Shown: positions 31,611 to 41,862 of the stretch, piece after piece
Layout of the letters: each line of letters opens with the position of its first letter
Position numbering within the stretch: position 1 is the first letter of the stretch
Assembly: GCA_964464055.1 (NCBI GenBank)
Contig: CAYXEO010000005.1
Location: 1 to 45,651, forward strand
Length of the DNA: 45,651 nt
From: an uncultured Methanosarcinales archaeon
Lineage (GTDB): Archaea; Nanobdellota; Nanobdellia; Woesearchaeales; GW2011-AR9
Direction: 5' to 3'
Position numbers and translations under genes: made by a program
The notes under the pieces: generated by a model
Told to the model about the DNA's origin: nothing
The model's database searches: none
The model's input: the letters and a program-made list of their open reading frames with translations, nothing else

Positions 31611-33761
31611 ATGAGTTCAATTTATACAGTAATTATTTTTTTATTTTTAATAGTTATAATATATTATATTATTTCAACAAAAAATCAACAAGGCCCGTTT
31701 AGTTTAAATATCTCAAAAAAAATAAAAGATACCAAAAAAGACAATATTATTAAAAAAACAGAAAAAAAATATCATAATAAAGAAAAACATCTTAATGCCA
31801 TTAAAGGCGCACTTATCCACGCTGAACAAGCTTCAGAAGAATTAGAAGAAAAATACCTTAACAAAAATTCAAAAAAAGAATTAACTAAAATTCTAGATCT
31901 ATTAAAAAAAATCAAATCAAACCTTAAACTTACCAGATACGAATTGAGAAAAATTAAAAGAAAGGAACATAATAAACACAAAAAACAAATTAAAGAACTT
32001 TATTCTTATGTTGATTATCTTTTATTTGAAATATATAATACAAATATTGTTAATAATCTTCCTGAAAATTCTCATGAAATTACCTGGAACCAAAAAATTA
32101 GAATAATAAAAGAAAATGTTAAAAAAATTAAAATTGGTTGTGGTCATTTAATTAAATCCCTTGAAACTTTATCAAATTTATTTGAACACAAATTAAAAAA
32201 CACTTTATCGGAATTAAAACCAGAATACCCCACATCTCAAACAACTGAAGAACTAAATGATACACAAAACTCAGAACCATATTTTGTAAATGCACCCTCT
32301 ACAAACGTATTCTATGGATTTCCCCCTACTTATGACCAGACAGGTATGTTAAACCCAACTGAAGAACAAAAAAGATTATATTCGCGCCCACCCCTTTTTG
32401 ATAACCAAAATTTTTATAGTATGTCAACAGAAATCACGAATTTATTTCAACAATATATTTCTACAAAAGATTTTACGATGTCGCATTTTAGAGAATATTT
32501 AGCAGAAATTGACTACATTACTAACCATCTTCAAAAATTCCCCAAAGAATGTAACTCTGCCTTAATTATCCCTACGTATCAAGAAGAAAAATCAATTAAA
32601 AAAACCTTAGAAAAATATGCTAATTGTTCAAGGTCACAAAAAGTGGCAATATTTTTACTAGAAAATCACCCAAAAAATAAAAATAGAGACAATACCTTCT
32701 TAGAAATTCAAAAATTTAGAAAAACTAATCCAAATATTAAGGTTTTCCACATTTACAAAATATTTGAAACACGAGTCCCTATTGGACTTATTAGAAAATA
32801 TATTACTGACGTTGCACTTATGTTAAAAATAAAAAGTAACCACACAGGTAACCTTATTTTAATCGGAGGAGATGCTGATTGTGTGGAAATCCATAAAAAT
32901 TTTTTTTCAAAAATAATCTCTAAATTCTATAAAAACGATAATTTAGATGCAATAGAAATGAAATTAAACTTCCCCTTAAAATATCAATTCGCATTCCCTA
33001 ACATGTGGATTATGCACCGTTTTTTTGATTTCTGTTGGTCTTATAAAAGAAATAAAATCACCCCAAATAAAGCAATAAGAATGTATGGTCCTGCTTCAGC
33101 AATAAAAGCTAGTTCATATTTAATGATTAAAGGATTTAACCCTAGGGCAAGTTTATGTGAAGATTTAGAATTAAGTTATATGCTTGATTCAGGTAGAAGA
33201 AATATAGATTATAACTCTAAAAAACAGTTTTTTGAATATAGTTCAATTTCAATAACTACAAATCCTCGAAGAGCTTTATCTGCATACCTTAGTGGAATGA
33301 ATTTATTAGGGATGTATTCAGATTTTGAAGAGAGAGACGATATAAGAACATTAAGTTGGGAACATCTAGTAACTAAAAAAGGAAAAGGAACAATTTATGT
33401 TGGAAACACCTTCTCTTCATCAGAAATCAGAGAATTTATTAACTCAAAAAAAGAAATTGTCCCAGACATGGGTTCATACCTTTCTGTATTTTTACAAGAA
33501 TCAATAGATTGGTGGAAATTTAAAGTAGAACATGGTTGGCTATCTCAAAACCAATTTGAAAAAATGTTAAAAAAAGTTATGAACTGGTTAAAAATAAAGT
33601 ACTCATTAGATATCTCTGACCAATATTGGACCATCACTATTTTGAACATTGATAAACTACTTATTGGAATGAATAAAATATTAAAACAAAAACATAAAGA
33701 AAGATTTGAAACGAATATCCATGCAATAATTGTCGATCATAGAACATATAATTCTAACTGA
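31611..33761 (+). CDS. TM + B2-like domain fused to a GT2/GT-A glycosyltransferase-like domain
   Basis: LIIPTYQEE, GGDAD (DxD), GFNP..CEDLEL. Confidence 0.72.
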   Translation: MSSIYTVIIFLFLIVIIYYIISTKNQQGPFSLNISKKIKDTKKDNIIKKTEKKYHNKEKHLNAIKGALIHAEQASEELEEKYLNKNSKKELTKILDLLKKIKSNLKLTRYELRKIKRKEHNKHKKQIKELYSYVDYLLFEIYNTNIVNNLPENSHEITWNQKIRIIKENVKKIKIGCGHLIKSLETLSNLFEHKLKNTLSELKPEYPTSQTTEELNDTQNSEPYFVNAPSTNVFYGFPPTYDQTGMLNPTEEQKRLYSRPPLFDNQNFYSMSTEITNLFQQYISTKDFTMSHFREYLAEIDYITNHLQKFPKECNSALIIPTYQEEKSIKKTLEKYANCSRSQKVAIFLLENHPKNKNRDNTFLEIQKFRKTNPNIKVFHIYKIFETRVPIGLIRKYITDVALMLKIKSNHTGNLILIGGDADCVEIHKNFFSKIISKFYKNDNLDAIEMKLNFPLKYQFAFPNMWIMHRFFDFCWSYKRNKITPNKAIRMYGPASAIKASSYLMIKGFNPRASLCEDLELSYMLDSGRRNIDYNSKKQFFEYSSISITTNPRRALSAYLSGMNLLGMYSDFEERDDIRTLSWEHLVTKKGKGTIYVGNTFSSSEIREFINSKKEIVPDMGSYLSVFLQESIDWWKFKVEHGWLSQNQFEKMLKKVMNWLKIKYSLDISDQYWTITILNIDKLLIGMNKILKQKHKERFETNIHAIIVDHRTYNSN

Positions 33762-33873
33762 GCCTATATAAATATAAAAACAACCTAAAATCAATTATCT
33801 AAAAAAAACAATATAACCAAATAATAAATCAACCAAAAAAACACTATAAAAAGAAATGAAATACAAAAAAACT

Positions 33874-34128
33874 CTATTCTACTTTAACTTTGGTACCAAG
33901 TGATTGGCCAGGCAATCCTGCTTCAGCGAAAATTGCTCGTACATTACCATTTTTACCGTGTAATGCTGAAATTTTACCTTTCAACTCTTTACCTGCAGGT
34001 GATGTCCAAGTTACTGTCTTACCGATAGTTTTTTCAGCGTCTTCAGCTGTATCAGCTACCTTAAGAATCATTTGATGATCATATACATGATGTCGTCCTT
34101 GCCTAAAATGCATTACTGTTGCTTCCAT
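33874..34128 (-). CDS. rpl35ae: Ribosomal protein L35Ae
   Basis: GKISALHGKNGNVRAIF..GLPGQSLG. Confidence 0.92.
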   Translation of the reverse strand: MEATVMHFRQGRHHVYDHQMILKVADTAEDAEKTIGKTVTWTSPAGKELKGKISALHGKNGNVRAIFAEAGLPGQSLGTKVKVE

Positions 34129-34181
34129 ACCTCACCAAAACAAAGGTCACTTTATAAAGATTTTCGTTTTTCCTTCTCAAA

Positions 34182-34559
34182 ATGGCTAAAGAAAATATTA
34201 AATCGTGTCAAGGATGCCCTGCGCTCTGTTGCAGATATGTCTCTTTAGAGATTGACAAACCAAATACACCTGAAGATTGGGATAATATTAGGTGGTATTT
34301 GCTTCATGAAAACATCATTGTCTATATTGACCATGAGAATGATTGGATGATTGAATTCAAAACCAAATGTAAGAAATTAGGACCAGACAATAGATGCCAG
34401 ATCCACAAATCAAAACCACATATTTGTAATGAATTTAAAGCTGAAGAATGTGAACACCATAATAACGCTTCTCCTTACAAAATCAAGTTTGAATCCGTGG
34501 AAGAGTTGGAAATGTATCTTCACGACCAAAACATCCAAAATAACAAAAATACAAAATAA
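34182..34559 (+). CDS. YkgJ-family CxxCxxxCC protein
   Basis: CQGCPALCC, C.L...RC.IH..KP.IC. Confidence 0.85.
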   Translation: MAKENIKSCQGCPALCCRYVSLEIDKPNTPEDWDNIRWYLLHENIIVYIDHENDWMIEFKTKCKKLGPDNRCQIHKSKPHICNEFKAEECEHHNNASPYKIKFESVEELEMYLHDQNIQNNKNTK

Positions 34560-34633
34560 CCCTCTAACACAAAACAACGGACGTGTACCAAAACAACAAA
34601 GCATTTAAGTAGAACATAAATATTCTTTCTAAT

Positions 34634-35974
34634 ATGACAATTGAAATATGTACCATAGGTGGATACTCTGAAACTGGAAAAAACTCTACCGCTATTAAAG
34701 TTGATGACGAAGTTATTATCCTAGACATGGGCTTACACATGGAGAATTATATCCGTTATACCGAAGATGAAGATATTAGCGCCATGCATTACCAAGAATT
34801 ACTTGATGTTAATGCCGTACCAAACTATGGGCTTATAGAAGATTGGCGAGACAAAATTATCGGAATCGTTCCTAGCCACGGACACCTGGACCATATCGGA
34901 GCAATCCCTTTCTCGGCACCACTATTCCCACAAGCACCAATTGTTTGCTCACCATACACTGCCGAAGTTCTAAAAAGTATTTTCACCGATGAAAAAATTA
35001 GAATCCCTAACGAACTTGTGGCACTTAACCTTAACTCAAAATATAAATTGTCCAATAAAGTGCAAGTTGAATTGGTTAATATTACCCATTCAATCCCTCA
35101 AGCGGCAATGATTGTCTTACATACACCGTACGGAAAAATTGTTTATGCTAACGATTACAAATTTGACCGACAACCAACATTAGGTAAAAAACCAAACTTT
35201 GAACGACTGAAACAAATCGGCGAAATTGGAGTTAAACTACTTATCGTAGAATCACTTTATGCCCATGAACAAAAAAAAATGCCTTCCGAATCAGTAGCAA
35301 AACAGATGTTAAAAGATGTCATGCTCGGAGTACAAGCAGATGATAAAGCTATAATTGTAACCACGTTTTCATCCCACTTAGCAAGACTAAAAAGTATCGT
35401 GGAGATGGGTAAAAAGCTTAACAGAAAAATTGTTTTCTGTGGCCGTTCTTTAGCAAAATATGTCTCCGCAGGACAAAGAATCAATATTATTGACTTTGAA
35501 AAAGAAGTTACTATAGTTAAAAGAAGAAGAGAACTTGAAAAAACTCTTAAAAGAATCAATAAAGATGGTAAAGGTAAATACTTGATAGTCTGCACCGGAC
35601 ACCAAGGTGAACCAAGAGCGATACTTTCCAGATTAGCTAGACACGAACTACCCTTCAAATTTGATAAAGGTGATGTGGTAATTTTCAGTTGCTCAGTTAT
35701 CCCTGTAGAACTGAACAAAAATAACCGTGAAAAACTAGAAAGTACCATCAGAAGTAAAGGTGCCAGAATTTTCCGAGACATCCATAAGAGTGGACACGCC
35801 GCCAGAGAAGATCATCGTGACCTAATTGAACTTGTTAAACCAGATAATATCATCCCATCACACGCAGGACATGAAAAAGCTAACAATTTGGCAGAATTGG
35901 CCGAAGAAATGGGTTATAAAAGAAATAAAAATGTCTTCTTGATGGAAGACGGTAAAAGGAGAATTATTGAGTAA
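34634..35974 (+). CDS. rnj: RNase J family MBL/beta-CASP ribonuclease
   Basis: HGHLDHIG, THSIP, TGHQGEP, IHKSGH, IPSH. Confidence 0.92.
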   Translation: MTIEICTIGGYSETGKNSTAIKVDDEVIILDMGLHMENYIRYTEDEDISAMHYQELLDVNAVPNYGLIEDWRDKIIGIVPSHGHLDHIGAIPFSAPLFPQAPIVCSPYTAEVLKSIFTDEKIRIPNELVALNLNSKYKLSNKVQVELVNITHSIPQAAMIVLHTPYGKIVYANDYKFDRQPTLGKKPNFERLKQIGEIGVKLLIVESLYAHEQKKMPSESVAKQMLKDVMLGVQADDKAIIVTTFSSHLARLKSIVEMGKKLNRKIVFCGRSLAKYVSAGQRINIIDFEKEVTIVKRRRELEKTLKRINKDGKGKYLIVCTGHQGEPRAILSRLARHELPFKFDKGDVVIFSCSVIPVELNKNNREKLESTIRSKGARIFRDIHKSGHAAREDHRDLIELVKPDNIIPSHAGHEKANNLAELAEEMGYKRNKNVFLMEDGKRRIIE

Positions 35975-36037
35975 TCAGATGTATAATTCAATAAATTAAA
36001 AACTATTTTTTTTATTTTTTATTATTAAACAACAAAA

Positions 36038-36454
36038 TCATTCATCATTTAATTTAAAACTACAATAATTAACAATATCACCTAATTTCTTATGTTTTTC
36101 TAATTCACGAACATACATCTCTCTTCCAACATAATTATCTTTATCTGCCCAACGAAAGAGATCATTATTTAACCGGTTTGATTTTGGACCAATCACTTTT
36201 TTATTAAAATCCACTAGTTCTTCAACAGAATAATATGTTAAACCCTCTTCGCCAACATTACCTGAGAAATTCGTTCTTTTAACATTTAGTAATGGGTCCA
36301 CTTTTAAAGAAATATTTTCATCTAAATATGAAAAAATGGTTTCTTTCTTAAATTCATAATTTCGATCTTTTTGTCTATATCCTTCTTTTCTATTTATTTT
36401 ATCTTCAGAAGTTTCAAATCTGTGACTTCCAAATCCGTTAAATGTGTATGTCAT
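36038..36454 (-). CDS. Hypothetical protein
   Basis: Standalone 138-aa ORF with TATA-like box upstream. Confidence 0.65.
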   Translation of the reverse strand: MTYTFNGFGSHRFETSEDKINRKEGYRQKDRNYEFKKETIFSYLDENISLKVDPLLNVKRTNFSGNVGEEGLTYYSVEELVDFNKKVIGPKSNRLNNDLFRWADKDNYVGREMYVRELEKHKKLGDIVNYCSFKLNDE

Positions 36455-36606
36455 AAAAATGACAAATAAATAATTTCTTTTTAAATGTTTCTTATATTAT
36501 CTACTATTCTATAACAACAAACCTTATAAGTAAATACCGCTTAAAAAATAAAGAAAAGTAGTAAAAAAAGGATTAAAAAAAGTTTATATGAGAGGTAATT
36601 AAAAAA

Positions 36607-37353
36607 ATGAGATTAGTTTTAGCGGAACCAAGGTATTTCAAAGATAGCATTTCCATCATTTCTGAATTAGTTACAGAAGCAAAATTTAAAATTAATAGTA
36701 ACGGCCTAGAATTGATTGCCATGGACCCAGCAAATGTCGCCATGGTTGTTTTCAAAATGTTTAGTAGTTGTTTTATTGAATGTAACGTTGAAGAAGAAGA
36801 AGAAATCGCGATCAATTTAAACAATTTAAAACAGATCTTACGAAGAACAAAAAGTGACGATATGCTAACACTTGAAACTAGCGAAGATAATAAACTAAAA
36901 ATTGTTATGAAAAGTAATACTACTCGATCTTTCTCTATTCCAACACTTGAAATTGATGAAAAAGAACAGAAAGTTCCTGATTTAACCTTCCCAATAAAAA
37001 TTGATTTCCCTGCAAGCATGTTAAGTGAAGCTATTGAGGATGTTAGTGTGGTTTCAGAATCTGTAACTTTCCTAGGTGAAAAAAATCAATTATCGGTCAA
37101 AGCAGAAGGAGATTTATCAAAAGCATTTATTGAGATCAAAGGCGATGAAAGTACAATTATTTCCACTGATTCAGAGGATAAATTTAAAGCAAAATATTCC
37201 CTTGAATACCTTAAAAAGATGGCTAATGGAGGTAAACTAACTGATAATGTTTCCTTAAATTTTAACACAGATTACCCCTTAAAATTAGAATATAAGATAG
37301 TTGATAGATTAGTATTAAGTTTTATTTTAGCACCAAGGGTTGATAATGATTAA
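36607..37353 (+). CDS. pcn: PCNA sliding clamp
   Basis: AMDPANVAMV, YSLEYLKKM, DYPL, FILAPR. Confidence 0.96.
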   Translation: MRLVLAEPRYFKDSISIISELVTEAKFKINSNGLELIAMDPANVAMVVFKMFSSCFIECNVEEEEEIAINLNNLKQILRRTKSDDMLTLETSEDNKLKIVMKSNTTRSFSIPTLEIDEKEQKVPDLTFPIKIDFPASMLSEAIEDVSVVSESVTFLGEKNQLSVKAEGDLSKAFIEIKGDESTIISTDSEDKFKAKYSLEYLKKMANGGKLTDNVSLNFNTDYPLKLEYKIVDRLVLSFILAPRVDND

Positions 37354-37407
37354 ATTATTGTTTAAAAATCAGTTAATCTTTTATAATTTAATTGTTTACT
37401 TTTTATT

Positions 37408-37629
37408 ATGATATATGCAGAAGGGATTTTATGGTATTTATTTTTGATTGATTGTCTTATTTATAATGTTCTTACTTGGACAAAAAAAAGATGGCATAAC
37501 CAGTTCACACATTGGGTTTCAGAACATTTCCCATTGCATAAATTTTTTGGATTTTGGTACCTTTTCCTGATTTTATGGTTAGGCCATACCCTTTACAGAA
37601 TGCAATTATTAGGGTTTTATTTTGGTTAA
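37408..37629 (+). CDS. Small 2-TM membrane protein
   Basis: Hydrophobic, Trp/His-rich 73-aa ORF. Confidence 0.7.
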   Translation: MIYAEGILWYLFLIDCLIYNVLTWTKKRWHNQFTHWVSEHFPLHKFFGFWYLFLILWLGHTLYRMQLLGFYFG

Positions 37630-37633
37630 ATAG

Positions 37634-38356
37634 GTGATTCAATTTATGATCAAAGAAAAAAAAGATCCTCAAAAAAAAGATATTACCCCAATTGTTTCAA
37701 AAACAGTAGCTGTGCTGTTTGTTGATTTAGTTGGTTATACCACAAAAACTTCATCTTTAAAAAGAAGCGATTTTAATGAATTACACAATCAATTTGATGA
37801 ATTAGTTTTACCAATAACCAAAAAATATTCTGGAGAGATGATTAATAAAATTGGTGATGCTTTCTTAATTACTTTTAAATCGCCAACCGACACCCTTCTT
37901 TGTAGTATTGAACTACAAAATAATTTTAAAAGATATAATTTAAATCAAACAAAAGAAAACAAATTATTTATTAGGGTAGCAATTGATTATGGTGAAGTTT
38001 TAGTTCGTAATAATGGTTGTGTCTATGGTGAAACTGTGAATTTAGCCGCCAGAATTGAAGGGATTACTCCGCCGAACCAAATATATTTCTCAGATGCACT
38101 TGCCAGAATCATGAACCCGAACGAAATCAATTTTACTGAGATAGGTTACCACGATTTTAAAGGAATCCCCCACCCAGTAAGAGTTTTCAGGGTTGTTTAT
38201 GACTGGGAAAAAACTGAAAAAATGAAAGAAATGATTAAGGAAGCAACCATCACAATTTTAATCATCGCCACCTGCATCTTCCTCTTCAAACAATTTGTCT
38301 GGGATACAGAATTGGTTTCCGCGGCAGTTGCCGAAATAGCTAAACTAACTAAGTGA
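37634..38356 (+). CDS. Class III nucleotidyl cyclase with C-terminal TM
   Basis: FVDLVGYT, KIGDA, YGETVNLAARIE, FKG; start uncertain. Confidence 0.9.
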   Translation: MIQFMIKEKKDPQKKDITPIVSKTVAVLFVDLVGYTTKTSSLKRSDFNELHNQFDELVLPITKKYSGEMINKIGDAFLITFKSPTDTLLCSIELQNNFKRYNLNQTKENKLFIRVAIDYGEVLVRNNGCVYGETVNLAARIEGITPPNQIYFSDALARIMNPNEINFTEIGYHDFKGIPHPVRVFRVVYDWEKTEKMKEMIKEATITILIIATCIFLFKQFVWDTELVSAAVAEIAKLTK

Positions 38357-38364
38357 TAATTTGA

Positions 38365-40284
38365 TCACACGTCCCCCAACTGTTGATGTAAATAATTAAA
38401 GTATTCGGTGTTATTTTTCTTCGCTAACCGTTCCACTATCAATTGAGGGGTTGATTTGGCAAGATAATTCAAACGAGGGTTTCTTTCCACCACTAAATTC
38501 AGCTCATCATCTAAATACTTCGCTTCAATACCATCAACCCGTGCTTCAGGACAAACTTTCTGTAATGTTTCTCCTAAATGACTAACTAGAACAATATCTT
38601 TCTGACCAGATTTTGCTAACCAACTTAATGTCGCAGAAATAATTCTACTGGCGGCACCTGGCTCAGTGATAGACTCAATTTCATCAGCTAAAACTAATGT
38701 CCGCGATTTTGGATCTGCATTAATTTCGGCAAAACTTTTCAAAGTCGATTCAAAAGCGCCACTACCAGCTGTCCCAGAAGACTTTTTGAAATAATACATC
38801 TCTTGATATAATGGAACTTCCGCTTCCCCTTCCACAAATAAACCCATCATTGCTAAAAGATGAGTTTCAGTGATTAAATTAAGTAAACTAGTTTTCCCAC
38901 CAGAATTAGCACCACTTAAAATTGTCTGAGCAGTGTCCAAGTGATACGTTATCGGTACAACATCCAAATTGTTCTCTGTGAAAGACCGACTTTTTAATTT
39001 TGTAAATTTGAATCGGCCACTTTTCTTAACAACTGGCTTCTGGTGCCGAGAAAAACTTTGCCCTAACGCCAACTTGAAATCAAGATCTTCTAAAATTGTT
39101 TGACAAACAGAAATTAACGATAAATGTTCATTATTAGTTTCATAAAAAGAAATTGCCCGTTGATATTTCAATTTCTCTTGCTCAGTTTGGTGCTCTTTCT
39201 GTAACCTTTCAACTTTCTCTTTGTTCAACGCTAACGGATAAACAGAAAAATCTACAAAACGAGATTTGTCCTCGTCAGTTTTACGAACTTCCAATTCTAA
39301 CTCCACAAGTTTATGATCAATAACGGTGTTCTTCTGATTTGTTCTCAATATTTTTAACAAATCCATTCCTGTAATATTCAAATTCGCTAACTTCTCTTCA
39401 AACTTTACTTGACACATTTCTACAAACTCTTCCAAATCACTTAAACTGAAAACTTTCTGCGTAGAATAATTTATCTTGTCAAGCTCACCCAAAATTTGCG
39501 TAATATTTTGTACCAACTCTTCCGGTTGAGAAATGAATTCTGTTAAATCTAATACTGCTTTTAAAAATGCCTGATTTTTAGTGAACTCGGCCACAAACAG
39601 TTCTGGAAACATGACAAATAATTCCTTCTCATAACGCACAGCTTCAATGTTATCATGCGCTTCTAAATCAGAGACAAATTTTGAATCAGTGGTATACAAA
39701 TAACGAATTTGTGGTAAATCCAAATAGTTCCGTAACCCATTCAAATGTGAAATTATTGTTAATTTAAACTCTGGTGGTAATTTGTCTTTCAACGCCAAAT
39801 AAATTTCATCCTCATCACACATGTACGTCACATCCTGTTGAGGGTTGAGTTTTACAGGCTGCTTTTTCTGAATCAAAAGCTGTTTGATACTCTCTAACTG
39901 CTCAGGTGAAAGTTTGCTAAAAAAATCTTTACTTTCCTGGACCTGCTTTTGCCGTCTGACAATCTCCTTCTCATCTAATGTTGGACAAAAAGAAATTGTT
40001 TTTTTCTTGTTAACTTCTAATAAACATCTTTTCTTAATAGAATCCAAAATCTCATTTTGAATTTTACTTATTTGTGGACTCTTGGCCAAATCGTCATTAT
40101 ACTTGAAATGGTATTTGTTTTCATAAGCAGTTTTTATGAGATCGTTAAGTGTCCGAGCATCAAGTTCCAATAACTGATTAAAATTGAATGAGTTTAGAGA
40201 ATCTAGAACTATCGTTTCTTGATCATGAAGTTTCTTTTTGTTCTTAGAACTTAACCGAGACATTTTGTTTAGTGAATCTATCAT
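38365..40284 (-). CDS. MutS-like ATPase (archaeal MutS2/MutS5-like, no mismatch-binding domain seen)
   Basis: SGANSGGKT, GAFES, LADEIESITEPG, VSHL; start 40284 inferred from TATA spacing. Confidence 0.85.
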   Translation of the reverse strand: MIDSLNKMSRLSSKNKKKLHDQETIVLDSLNSFNFNQLLELDARTLNDLIKTAYENKYHFKYNDDLAKSPQISKIQNEILDSIKKRCLLEVNKKKTISFCPTLDEKEIVRRQKQVQESKDFFSKLSPEQLESIKQLLIQKKQPVKLNPQQDVTYMCDEDEIYLALKDKLPPEFKLTIISHLNGLRNYLDLPQIRYLYTTDSKFVSDLEAHDNIEAVRYEKELFVMFPELFVAEFTKNQAFLKAVLDLTEFISQPEELVQNITQILGELDKINYSTQKVFSLSDLEEFVEMCQVKFEEKLANLNITGMDLLKILRTNQKNTVIDHKLVELELEVRKTDEDKSRFVDFSVYPLALNKEKVERLQKEHQTEQEKLKYQRAISFYETNNEHLSLISVCQTILEDLDFKLALGQSFSRHQKPVVKKSGRFKFTKLKSRSFTENNLDVVPITYHLDTAQTILSGANSGGKTSLLNLITETHLLAMMGLFVEGEAEVPLYQEMYYFKKSSGTAGSGAFESTLKSFAEINADPKSRTLVLADEIESITEPGAASRIISATLSWLAKSGQKDIVLVSHLGETLQKVCPEARVDGIEAKYLDDELNLVVERNPRLNYLAKSTPQLIVERLAKKNNTEYFNYLHQQLGDV

Positions 40285-40304
40285 GTTACCAGAATTGCTT
40301 TGAG

Positions 40305-40373
40305 GGTTTATATAGTTTGACCGGACTTGTCCAGTGTGGGCAGTGCTACATTTATATACGATGAATGCAAAAA
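40305..40373 (-). promoter_or_regulatory. Repeated promoter/operator element, copy 2
   Basis: Matches 26744-26811. Confidence 0.8.
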
Positions 40374-40432
40374 CCACTCCATAAATGAACCACTACTAAA
40401 CATTTATATAACAAAAACCATCAACAGATAAT

Positions 40433-40909
40433 ATGAATATAAAAGAGAAGTGGGAAAACCTAAAATTAGTTTATAACAAAAAGGAAAGTTGGTTAATTTC
40501 TATCGTCGGCTCAGTACTTTTCATCATTATTCTTTTTCACTTTACTAATCTTGCTTTAATCCGCGGTAACATGGGTACGAAATACATGTGGACACTTACT
40601 ATAACCCAAATTTGCATGGGGCTTTTATTGGGTCTTAACTTGTCTCTGCTCTGGTACAAATTAAAATATAGCCAATGCGTAGACCACCGGGCCAATGGCA
40701 CAACGGCAGTTGGATCTTTGTTAGGTGTCATCGTCACAGGTTGTCCAGCCTGTGGAATTACCTTAGCATCTTATCTCGGTTTGGCATCCGTCTTCTCTAC
40801 ACTACCTTTCTTCGGACTAGAATTAAAATTTCTAGGAATTGGATTACTAGGATATTCTACCAATTATTTGTTGAAGAAGTTAAAGTGGTGCGAGTATCAC
40901 CAAAAATAA
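40433..40909 (+). CDS. Membrane protein with CPAC motif
   Basis: About 4 TM segments; GCPACG. Confidence 0.8.
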   Translation: MNIKEKWENLKLVYNKKESWLISIVGSVLFIIILFHFTNLALIRGNMGTKYMWTLTITQICMGLLLGLNLSLLWYKLKYSQCVDHRANGTTAVGSLLGVIVTGCPACGITLASYLGLASVFSTLPFFGLELKFLGIGLLGYSTNYLLKKLKWCEYHQK

Positions 40910-40940
40910 AAGAAATTTAAAAAAAACAAAAGAAAAAAAA

Positions 40941-41318
40941 CTAATTTTTCCATAACCCGTGCAAGTTGCAATATGCCCTAATCTTATCGCTACTATGGTC
41001 TTTAGAACAATAAATTGAAGGGTCATCACCTGGTTTTAAATTCTTACGCAAAACCCTGCCATCTGCAAAAATCACTTCAATCCATTCAATGTGGTGCTCT
41101 TCCGTCATCGGATGTTCTACTTCACCAACAGTGATCCTCTTTCCCTTTTCGTCATCCTTGATAACAGGCACATGCTTCTCCTGAGCCGCATCAGTGGTAT
41201 TCTCTTCCACTAACTTCATCGGTTGACCACAACAAACTAAAGTTCCACCACCACCATGAAGCGTTTCTATTATTAACCCACAAATATCGCATTTGTGAAC
41301 ATCATTCATTTCTGCCAT
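40941..41318 (-). CDS. dfx: Desulfoferrodoxin (superoxide reductase)
   Basis: CDICG..CCGQPM, EKHVP, HPM..EHHIEWI, YCNLHGLW. Confidence 0.95.
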   Translation of the reverse strand: MAEMNDVHKCDICGLIIETLHGGGGTLVCCGQPMKLVEENTTDAAQEKHVPVIKDDEKGKRITVGEVEHPMTEEHHIEWIEVIFADGRVLRKNLKPGDDPSIYCSKDHSSDKIRAYCNLHGLWKN

Positions 41319-41330
41319 TTTAATCTAACC

Positions 41331-41855
41331 CTAAAATTCACACACATCTTCCGGGACGAAATACTTCTGCTCATGTTTACAAGACGGACATTCATCAGGC
41401 GCTTCTGTACCTTCGTGGATATGACCGCATTTGTCACACTTCCATTTGATAATCTTTTCCCGCTTAAAGACAGATTTGTTTTCCACCATCTCTAACAATT
41501 TCTTAAACCTGTTCTCATGATGCTGTTCAACTTTGGCAATTTCTTTAAACAACTTCTCAGCTTCAATATTACCTTCCTCTTTAGCATCTTCAGCAAAAAT
41601 CGGATACATTTCTGTTGTTTCATAATGTTCCCCTTCAATCGCTGCTTTAAGGTTTGTTGCTGTATCACTTATCCCATTCAATAATTTGAATTCGTCCTTA
41701 GCATGTTGCATTTCATTAGCCGCCGTTTCTTCAAAAATTTGCGCAATATAATTGTACCCTTCTTTCCGTGCCACTTTAGCAAAAAAAAGATATTTGTTCC
41801 TGGCTTGACTTTCACCAGCGAACGCTGCCTTTAAATTTTGTTCTGTTTTTGTCAT
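41331..41855 (-). CDS. rbr: Rubrerythrin
   Basis: AFAGESQARNKY, ExxH motifs, WKCDKCG..CPSC. Confidence 0.95.
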   Translation of the reverse strand: MTKTEQNLKAAFAGESQARNKYLFFAKVARKEGYNYIAQIFEETAANEMQHAKDEFKLLNGISDTATNLKAAIEGEHYETTEMYPIFAEDAKEEGNIEAEKLFKEIAKVEQHHENRFKKLLEMVENKSVFKREKIIKWKCDKCGHIHEGTEAPDECPSCKHEQKYFVPEDVCEF

Positions 41856-41862
41856 TTTTAAT

